Of a stretch of DNA of 64,000 nt, positions 51,405 through 64,000 are shown in pieces. The notes beneath the pieces were generated by a model. That model saw only the letters and a program-made list of their open reading frames with translations, was not told the origin of the DNA and searched no databases. This DNA is from the human T2T-CHM13v2.0 reference genome, Homo sapiens. The stretch lies in NCBI RefSeq assembly GCF_009914755.1, contig NC_060936.1; one strand, given 5' to 3'. The position numbers and the translations under genes were made by a program. How positions within the stretch are numbered: position 1 is the first letter of the stretch; every line of letters begins with the position of its first letter.

Positions 51405-52450
51405 CATCATTCATTCATTCAATTCAACAAACATTTATTTAATATAAACAAGCAAGTTATTAATTTATATCTCTCCTTGTAACCAAAATAATTATTGTCC
51501 TGTCTGCTGTGGACACAGACCTAGTTCCCAGTGTGGACATGACATAGAGAGCAAAGAACAATAGGTTACAGAAAAATATGGAAGGCTGATCATTGTTCAA
51601 AATATAATGTGCTGTATAATGGATGTATCACAGTTCATTCACATTTAGAGGAAAGGAGAACTCTAGGAGAACAGGAGTAGACCTTGATAAATAACCAGAA
51701 GTGGAGACAACTAGGTACTATCATAGAGCCATCATAACTGAAATATAAAATGCAGGCAAAGGAAAAATTTGGGTGGAAAATAACGAGTTCCGTTTTAGAA
51801 ATACTGAGTTTGAAGACAATGTCCAGCTAAGGAGACAAATTTCTAGACTGAAAGTTGAGATTTTGGAATTATCTGTTTCTAGGTGGTAGTTTAATATTTT
51901 GGTTGATGGGATTGCCCAGGAAGATCAAATACACTGTAAAGAAGGTCAAGCACAGTATAACAACTTTAATGGGTGGCACAATGAATATGGAAAAGACTGA
52001 CTTGGGAGGTGGAGGCACAGAAAGTCAAGAAAGAAAACAAAGGTCAGTGATGTGACAGAAAACAAGAGGGGAGAACATTTCATGGCGATGGGAAAGGATT
52101 GTCACTGGTGCCAAATGCTTTTTGGTTAGTGAGTTCCAAATGCTTTAGGGATTAGTGAGTCCACTCTAAAAATTGGACACTTGGAGGGCAATTCAAAGAG
52201 ATTTAGTGATGTCACGTGTTGTGGAAGGTATCCAGGGGGAGGAAATTCTTTCCCCAGTCTTTTCCATGCTATTCTCACAATAGTGAATAAGTCTCACGAG
52301 ATCTGAAGAGTTTTTCAGGGGTTTCCACTTTGCTTCTTCCTCATTTTTCTCTTGCCACTGCCATGTAACCTCAGTGGGCTGAAGAGAGAACATCGGGAGA
52401 AGAAGGATAGATATTAAGTGAACTCTTTCAAGGCAGGTTAGCTGTGAATA
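51405..52450 (-). mobile_element. L2 (fragmented)
   Basis: CATTCATTCATTCAATTCAACAAACATTTATT 3' end; GAGTTCCGTTTTAGAAATACTGAGTTTGA; GTGATGTGACAGAAAACAAGAGGGGAGAACATTTCA. Confidence 0.75.
52213..52368 (+). mobile_element. Internal fragment of a THE1A LTR without termini
   Basis: CACGTGTTGTGG...TAGTGAATAAGTCTCACGAGATCTGA...CATTTTTCTCTTGCCACTGCCATGTAA; colinear with 54840-54996. Confidence 0.9.
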
Positions 52451-53988
52451 CATTAAACTCCTCCAAAATGTGGTCTCTGGCCAAGAAATTGCATTTTGTT
52501 ACTAAGTAAATTATCACAGATATGTAAAAAGAAGTACATCTACAGATAACTCATCATAGAATTGTTTATAAGAAAAAACTGGAAACTTTGATGTGCAACT
52601 GTAAGGCATTGGTTAAGCAATTTAGGATTCAGTCATGAAAAAAATATACAACCCTTAAAATTATGTTGAAGAAAATATACAGACATAAAAAATGTTTGTG
52701 AAATATGTTTTCTAAGACTTCTGATTGGGACTGTAGTCATTTTGTAATTTGAGGAAAGTCATTAAAAATGCACCTACACCCAAACTAAGGTTGGCTATGA
52801 ATAGAGAGAAGAGATAAGGTAGTGTAGGGGAATCAGTCAAAGAATGGTTTTTATCTTCATCTTCCTTCCCCTCCTCCATCGTCTTTCTTACTTTTTAATT
52901 AATTGGAGACACTTGAACATGCTTATTTGCTCCAAGGAAGTAGCCATCAGATAAAGGCTTAAAAAATATATTGGGCTTGCAACAGGGAAAAGTAAGTGAA
53001 GAATTAAGTTTCATCTGAATTTGAGAAAAAATCAAATTCAGAGGAGAGTTGATGTGCCTAATGCTAAGCAAGAATGAAGACAGGATGGGGAAGAAGAAAT
53101 GTAGATGGGGATATAAATGGGTGTGTAGGTGAGGGACAGGAGACGAAAAATCTGAGGAATGTTCATTCAGTACATTTTACTTTTTATGTGAAAGAAAAAG
53201 CTAGGTCACCCATCCACAGACTATAAGTGGGGTAGGGATGAGAATGAAGACCTTAGAAGTGTTGAAGTTTAGGAATATGATTATTTGCAGAGAATGGACA
53301 AGGACACATTAGTCTTATGGACGTTAACTTATAATGCTTGCCTTGTTTTCTTTGACATTGATACCACGGTAAGTCACAAAATGGGGAGCAAAATGTTAGC
53401 ATGTTAATGAGAGGAATTCGTCTGCATAACTGTGTGAGTGAATAAGGTCCTGTCTCTTCATCTTATCACAATCGCTAACATGTATTTATGGAATTCTCAT
53501 GATCAGGGCACCGAGGAAATTACACCAATGATGAGCTATAGTGCCCTTCCTTACGGAACTTACATCTGGTTGGGGAAAAGAGTCACAGTCACTTGAAAAG
53601 TTAACTACATTTCAAGGTAATTTTGCCATAAGTGATGAAAGTGGCATAAAAAATCAGACAGATGATTGATCACTTACAACTGGAGCGGTGAAGAGAGATT
53701 TCATATAGTTTTTACATTGCCTTTGTGTAGTTATTTATTTCCCTTTTCCAATAGAGTATGCACTGCCATATTCATCTTCAACCCCTACCGTATTTCCTGG
53801 TACATGACAAGCACTTAATAACCATCACTGAATGAATAGACTAATGAATAAGCGAATAAACAAATCAAGTTAGACTTGAACAGGTGAAAGGGATAGAAAT
53901 TCATTACAGTAGGGTTATGGTCACATAAAAATAAGGAATAAAGGAGAAGATAAAATAAAATCGCATTCACTGAGTATTTACATGCCAG

Positions 53989-54037
53989 ATATTATATTAT
54001 ATTATATTATATTATATTATATTATATTATATTATAT
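53989..54037. repeat. (ATATT)n pentanucleotide repeat within an antisense MIR (~53960-54200)
   Basis: About 9-10 uninterrupted ATATT units. Confidence 0.95.
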
Positions 54038-54741
54038 ACGATTTTACCTATATTATTAACTCACTTAATTGTTACAGCAACCCTGCAAAACAGGTATAAA
54101 TATCCACCACCATAAAGGAATTAAAAAAGGAATTCCAGAGAGATTAGCTAACTTGCTCACACAGTGAATAAATGTCAGCAGTGGGACTGGAGCCTCTAGG
54201 CACAAGGCTTGGCCTAGGGCAGTGAAGAGGTGGGTTTCCACATCCTCCCTTCCAGGGATATGGCTGTCTTTAGCTTGACTGCAGTACATTATGTTTCTCT
54301 ACCTTTAGTGTCCTGTAACTACTAGTTACATCTCAGAACACAGTTGAGTTGATGGCCTGAGTCCCCACTGCCCAAGACATCAAGTTGAGACTTTGGTATG
54401 ACCCCTGCTTGTCTCTCCAGACGTATTCTCAGCTATCTTCATTAATTGATATCCATGCTACAGCTTTCCCGAACTCTGCTGGCTCACTTGCCCTGCTCCT
54501 CTTTCCCTCATGCAATTCTCTGTTCCCAAATGCTCTTCCTCATCTTGGCATTTATTCAGCTTTCAAAATATCACTCCATGGCTACTTCCTCTTTTCCTAA
54601 TTTGTAAATGATAATGGTTGCATAAATTGATGTTTTGTCTTCCTAAGGCTCCATCATATTCTCTTTTTTCCCAAATAGTGATGCTGATGGATTCGTCTTT
54701 CTCCTCCCCTAAAGAGGACTTGGCCAAAGTGCAGTTTAATA

Positions 54742-55249
54742 TTTCTTTATCTTTTATTTAAAAAAATTATTTGTTGATTGATATGGTTTGGCTGTGTCCC
54801 CATACAAATCTCAACTTGAATTGTATCTCCCAGAATTTCCACGTGTTGTAGGAGGGACCCAAGGGGAGGCAATTCTCTCGCCTGTCTTTCTCATGCTATT
54901 CTCGTGATAGTGAATAAGTCTCACGAGATCTGATGAGTTTATCAGGGGTTTCCACTTTTGTTTCTTCCCCATTTTTCTCTTGACACTGCCATATAAGAAG
55001 TTGCTTTTGCCTCCCGCCATGATTCTGAGACCTCCTAGCCATGTGGAACTGTAAGTCCAATTAAACCTCTTTTTCTTCCCCGTCTCAGGTATGTCTTTAT
55101 CAGCAGTGTGTAAACGGACTAATACATTGATTAATTTTTTTAAAAAAATATAAAGACGAGGTCTCAGTATGTTGCCTAGGCTGGTCTCAAATTCCTGGTC
55201 AAATCAGAGACAGTGCTGGGATTACAGGCGTGAGCTACTGTGGCTGGCC
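54742..55249 (-). mobile_element. FLAM_C monomer whose tail is interrupted by THE1A
   Basis: Body at ~55150-55249; TSD CAGTTTAATA at 54732-54741 and 55250-55259 brackets both elements. Confidence 0.8.
54779..55126 (+). mobile_element. THE1A solo LTR
   Basis: TGATATGGTTTGGCTGTGTCCCC...CTCAACTTGAATTGTATCTCCCAGAATT...ACGGACTAATACA; 5-bp TSD TTGAT at 54774-54778 and 55127-55131. Confidence 0.96.
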
Positions 55250-55420
55250 CAGTTTAATACCTCTACAGCTACAAGTGGCCTCTCTACTTCAATATTGTGA
55301 AACACCAGGGAAATTTGGACACTTGCCCCAAGGCTATGATTCTGAAATTTTGTTCCTTTGGTAACTATGGAACCTCTTCCCCTCATCCCATGAGATAAAG
55401 AGAAAGGAGAATTGAAGTTA

Positions 55421-55422
<2 letters not shown>

Positions 55423-55457
<35 letters not shown>

Positions 55458-55492
55458 TTTATGTATATATATGTGTGTGTATATATATATAT
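55423..55492. repeat. (TA)n/(TG)n microsatellite
   Basis: Directly visible dinucleotide runs. Confidence 0.95.
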
Positions 55493-56021
55493 GCACTTTA
55501 TTCAGAGCCCATACAATTTTTCAGTTTCGTAAAGTTCTGGAATTCCTGAGCTCTTCTCCCTACATCCTATCCTGTGTCTGCTTACATTTTTATCCATTTT
55601 GGGAGTGTCTGCTAAGCTACTTGAGAGGAACAGAAAGGAAGCTTCTGCAGGTTCTGCCCAGGGGTGGTGGCCAGAGTGCAGCTGTGCCGGCCCCCTGGAG
55701 CCTGAGAGGCTGGGAGGGAAATGCTGGTGCCCTGAGAGAGGCTTTTTCTCAGGAACAGCGTGAAACGACACCCTTGTCTAGCTCCAGGGATTAATTAGCA
55801 CTGCTTTGAAATAAATCCTTTACAAGAATTTTACTTCTCTGCAACAGAAAGCTATTTTTGAATTTGGATCAATTTACTATTATTAAATGAGACTAAGGAT
55901 GGTCTTCTTCCATAGTCCTCTTATTCTGAATATAGCTAATGACTTCAAAGCCATGCATTAATACCATCCTTACTTTCATAGTGGTCAGGCCTTGCCTCTA
56001 GGTCCTGGGTGAAGAAGGGAG

Positions 56022-56431
56022 TGCTTATGGTTTGAGTATTTGTCCCCTCCAAATCTCATGTTGAAATTTGATCTCCAGTGTTGGAGATGGGGTCTAGTGG
56101 GAGGTGTTTGGCTCAGGAGGCGGATCCCTCACGAACGGCTTGGTGCCGTTCACGTGGTAGTAAGTGAGCTCTTGCTGTTTGTTCCCGGGACAGTGGGTTG
56201 TTAAAAAGAATCTGGCACCTCCCCTGCCCTTGCTTTCCTCTCTTGTCATGTGATCTCTCACACACTGGCTCCCCTTTATCTTCTGCTATGAGTGGAAACA
56301 GCCTGAAGCCCTTATTAGAAGCAGATGCTGGTGCTGTGGTTTAGCTTGCAGAATTGTAAGTCAAGTAAACCTCTTTTCTTTATAAATTACCCAGCCTTGG
56401 GTATTCCTTTATAGCAATACAGACTAAGACA
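56022..56431 (+). mobile_element. MSTB1-like MaLR solo LTR
   Basis: TGCTTATGGTTTGAGTATTTGTCCCCTCCAAATCTCATGTTGAAATTTG...ACAGACTAAGACA. Confidence 0.92.
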
Positions 56432-58596
56432 GGTGGCAACTATGGTCTTTGCTACAGACTGGGCCTGGAGTTAAGTATTTGTGGTGCTGATGGGGGAAAC
56501 TGAAGCTGCTACATAGTTTAACCTGCCTCAAGTTCAAGGATGTTTGGGGGCGGCCCTGTTTGCACTCACCGAGATAGGCCAGCAGGGGAAGGAGAATTGT
56601 TTCAAGAGCTCATAGGAGACTCTTTGCGGATCCCCTACTCTATAATTAGATGGCAGCTGGAAGAGAGAAGAAATTACCTATGGACTATGGGCACACCCAT
56701 AGTCCACCAAGAAGGGATTCCCAGCTCGTGCACTCCGTCTCCAGATCTTCCAACTCTCCCTCATGAGTGCTCAGAAACTCCCTAGGGAGCCCTTAACCTG
56801 CAGCTTTCCTGTCATCTTGCTCTAGCAAAGTGGTATCAGAGAACATTTGTTTCTGACTTCTTGTACTTCATTAATTTTTACAAAATCTGATAAAATTTCT
56901 ACTGCTTATCAAAGAGAACAAATGTTGTCTTCCAACAGGCACAAAGGCCAAATCAGGATGTGAAGTTAAAACACGTGTCAAAATTACATCTTTACGTGTT
57001 CATTTATACAGTTGTCAAGAATCTACACCTATTCCTAAAATCTCTGTGTACTGATAACAATTAGTAGCCATAAATAACCTAAATAAGTAGCCAAACTTTT
57101 TGCTAAAGGTTCAAATTTTGTTTTGTTTTGTTTCTTTTTGAGTTTGGAAAATTGAGGGACACTGGAAGCCCCTTTTCTATATAGAATATATTCCCTAAAT
57201 TACAGAAGTGCAGTGAGTAAAGATAACTTGTACTATCCAGGTTTGCAGGAAGGATTAAAGAAATAAAAGTAAAAACTCAACATCATTTTGGCTACGTATT
57301 TGTTTATATTTAAGATTATTTATTTAGGATGTGTTCTTACATATGAACTTGTATACAAGTAGATTAAAAAATTGATAAATATTGCCAGATTGCTTTTACG
57401 AAAGGTAGAAACAATTTATACAGGAAAATCTTATTTTACTTAATACTGGATTTTATTATTAAACAATTATTTAAAGCCAGTGAAATTTATATTTGGAACT
57501 TTGAATTCCAAGAGTTCTATTGAACTTCTGTAGAAATGCAAAACAACAGCTTTAACATTTGCTAGGGCAAAGTTTTAATATTACGCGTAAATCACAGCAC
57601 AGTTCGATGTACTCGAGTTCAATTTATTTTAACACACTTATTGAGTCTCTTCCATGTTCAAGGGACTGCACTATGCCTGGAGGCAAAAAGGTGGATAAAA
57701 TGTGGTCCCCTACTCGGAAGCAGTTCCTAATAGTGTGGAGGACACCAGCATGTAAATCAATGATGAGAAAAAAGCTAAAGAATGATAAAAGTAACAATAA
57801 TAATCAACATTATAAAGTGAGAAGTATGTTCCACAGTCCAAGCATTATGTCTTAACATGCAGAAATGTAAAACACCCCTGGAGAATTAAATCCCAACACA
57901 TGTTCTATGTATTTATGAAAAAAAGTGAATGATGTGGAATGATTGCAAACACAGGAAGTATGATTTTTTTTTTCAACTGTCTCAAGAGTATGAAACCCGA
58001 TTGTTACAAAGACATCAGGAAGTCCATCTTGAATTGCTATCTAAAGCCCCTGCCTCATTCTTCTGATGCAATCTCAAGTAGATATCAAGTTAAAGAAACC
58101 ATTTAGCACAGAGAAGAAATGTCACAGAAAAATCTTGAAATGTTACTGATTTTTTAAGAATGGCATAAATATCATCTGTAACATTTATCCCCAGAATGGA
58201 AGTGAATGAAGGATTACTCAGAACATATGAGAATGTCATCATTATGCAGCATTGAACAACATGGAGTGAATAAGCAGGAGACAGTAAACTTTAGTCAAAA
58301 GGGGACTCTGTTCACCACTGGGTTCCTAAGGCTTTGCATTCAATAAGTGTTGATTGAATCAGTAACAATGTTGTGATAATAGTAATGTGTTGCAGCTTTT
58401 CACATAAATTGAATTTTGATATGCATAGAAAATATTTTAAAGGCCAAATTTCTAGATTTCTTTGAAAGTTTGAAGCAAAACTCTTCTTCAGAACATAGGC
58501 TCAAAAGGTAGAGCAAAGTGAAATGCAAGCTTCTAGAGACAAAGTATGCTTGACACATAGATTGACTGAAGAGAAGCAAAATGGTTGAATTGCTCT

Positions 58597-59041
58597 TGGT
58601 AGTGGGTCACTGTCTAGATCTTCCTTCAGGATGGAGGCACTCATTCCAAACACCTGGGAAATAGGTGGTTGACAGCATGGACCTGAATGACTGTCTGGGA
58701 ATTACCCTCAAAGGAAGAGATCTACTTGGCCCAAAGTAGCTCACACTCCTTTCCCTAGAGCAGCCCTCATCTATGACTGGTTGTTGGGGCCCCAAACAAA
58801 TTGTGTGTAATAAAGTCCCATGCTCCTTGCCTCAAGGTGGGACAACTCTGAATACTTATTCCAGCTCCAGGACTTTCATGGGACTGTCTGAGGTCTGTCT
58901 GCATCGCAATTGCATTCTTTCACTGGCGTAAGCCGTCTTCCTTCACTTCCTCACAGATGGTCCCATGAGCACTCCCCAATAAGCTTCATGCGTGCAGCTC
59001 TCTGTCCCAGAGTTGGCGTGCTGGGGAGCCTGACCAGCGAT
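58597..59041 (+). mobile_element. LTR16-type ERVL LTR
   Basis: CTTCAGGATGGAGGCACTCATTCC...CTTGCCTCAAGGTGGGACAACTCTGA...GAGCACTCCCCAATAAGC. Confidence 0.8.
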
Positions 59042-59319
59042 GTTCTATGTCACTTATTATTTCTAAATAAAGAAGAGGGAGCTCTTCTAAAAGCTAAAAC
59101 ATCCCAGGGAGAACTGGGTTTGGGCCTTGGTTCAAGCTCAGTGCTAGGCACCCATGTATTCCAAAAAATGTAAAGTGGTAATCAGAGAATCAGAGAGATT
59201 TTCTTAGAATGTCTTAATTTTGAAGCTCTGTTTTCTAGCATTTAGCTACTTCTTATTATGTTAGAATATTACAAAATATTTTCAGTTTGATTTTAAGTGT
59301 AGCTAATATTTATTTAGCA

Positions 59320-62420
<3,101 letters not shown>

Positions 62421-62479
62421 AGATAAAATATGTATGTATATCATGTCCACTGCCACCATCTTCTTTTGAACACTAAGTA

Positions 62480-62660
62480 TTTGCCAAGATTCTCTTACAT
62501 ATTGTCTCATTCAATTTTTACAACATCCAGGTGGGGTAGGAATAATTATCATTCTCATTTCACATAGAAGGAAACCCTGGCTCAGGAGGTCAAATAGCTT
62601 TTGAAGTGCTAGAGCTGGGATTTGAACCAATGTCTGTGTGACTACTAAGTCTGCTAATCT
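62480..62660 (-). mobile_element. MIR
   Basis: ATTCTCATTTCACATAGAAGGAAACCCTGGCTCAGGAGGTCAA...AGAGCTGGGATTTGAACC. Confidence 0.75.
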
Positions 62661-63044
62661 TTATGTCAAAAATATTTTAAAATCAGTTCTTTAAAATTTA
62701 AAATATATATTCCCATAGAATGTTTTCTAACCAAAATATTATAATCTATGGTTAAGAAAATACTAGTTTTTGAGCATGAGAATTTGGATGATTTTTTTCT
62801 TTTGTTCACATCCTCAAATTTCTCTAATGAGTCTATATTAACTTAAAATGAAACATCCAATACACCTTATTTTAAAAATTAAAACAAGCAGGTTTGCAAA
62901 GTTCCTTGGTGGGTCTTCAAAAGTTTATTTAATTCAAGATGTACTTGGAATACAGTATGTATACATGTGTGGATACTTATGCATACACAGACATTTGATT
63001 AAAGCAGCAAATCAAATCATACATCTATAAAAGTAATAGTAATA

Positions 63045-63295
63045 GCATAATTGTTAAGGTGCTTAATGATTAAAGATGTCAGTTCTGTGTTTAGACAGAC
63101 TGGAGTTTGAACACTGGGTCTTTGTCTTATTTGGTTACCTTGGATGAATTATTCAGCTCATTCAAGCTTCAGTTTCCTTATCTGTACAGTGGAATGACTT
63201 CATAGGATTGTCCTGGTCATAAAATGACATAATACATGTGGAACAAAGCACTTAAGGCAGTACTCAGCAATAATAAGCACTCACCAAATATGAAT
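63045..63295 (+). mobile_element. MIR
   Basis: AGACAGACTGGAGTTTGAA...CTTCAGTTTCCTTATCTGTACAGTGG...AAAGCACTTAAGGCAGT. Confidence 0.8.
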
Positions 63296-64000
63296 GGTTG
63301 TGAAACAAACAAACAAAAAAATTAGGCGTAGTGGAAATAAAGGGAGGATTGTAGCCATTCTGAAAAAAATTCTGTGTAATGTCAAGCCTGCAGAAATAGA
63401 TGGCTTTTTTGTTTGTATGCTTTGCAGAGGGGTGCGGGGATTTTTTTAACCAATTTATGAGAGATCAATAAGTGCCTTTAAAAAAATTTCACAACTGGGG
63501 GAAACGAGAGTTAAAGTAAGTAGCCTTAGAGTAGGTGGAGTAGGTGTTCCAGTGTGGAAGTGACAGCTCACACATCACATGACAGGCATGTATAGGTCAG
63601 ATACTTGTTGCAACTTGGAAATTGACTTCCTGTAGAGTTCTAGGGACAGATTGGAAATTGCCCTGCTGAGCCAGTATATACTTGACAGAAAACTTTGTCA
63701 GGTCTCCCCAGGAGCTGATTTGGAAGGCCATTTGTAACGCTGATAATTGTAAACAAATTGTACTGAAGTGGTAACTTGAAATATGTGTTGGTGCGAATTG
63801 TTAGACTATTCAACTGCAATGAGTTTAATTGGTTATAAGAATGTGGTTCTTCTTGGAAAGTGTAATACACACCTCTCCTCCCCCACGGAATTTGCTATTT
63901 TGTGATCATTGCTGTTGGGATAATAGAAGCATTTAATTTTATTGAGTGCAAATATGTGATTTGAAATGGATAAACAGGATTTCTCCCTTTCTAATTTTGG

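Overview
Primate (hominoid-type) genomic DNA: an AluY and an LTR12C solo LTR are present. The window is AT-rich intronic or intergenic sequence, roughly half of it recognisable interspersed repeats: Alu/FLAM/FRAM, MIR, L1, L2, MaLR/ERVL/ERV1 LTRs, and hAT/Tc1-mariner elements. I cannot identify any known protein-coding gene, tRNA, rRNA or CRISPR-like array. Nearly all listed ORFs are chance frames or translations of repeats. The structure not explained by ordinary repeat insertion is: (i) several local inverted-duplication or templated-copy scars, including a perfect 23-bp-arm hairpin at 5088-5145, a 38-bp inverted copy of an LTR end plus its TSD at 24635-24781, and a terminus-less THE1A piece sharing a private lesion with the THE1A 2.6 kb away; (ii) a speculative minus-strand spliced transcript whose three candidate exons join into one open frame ending in AATAAA; (iii) an AT-rich but CpG-undepleted island near 27.8-28.2 kb and a GATA cluster near 39.3-39.6 kb that look like constrained regulatory DNA; (iv) a complete LTR12C promoter. 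I found no evidence of a new multi-gene system. Repeat subfamily calls come from remembered consensus sequences, and boundaries without TSDs are approximate.
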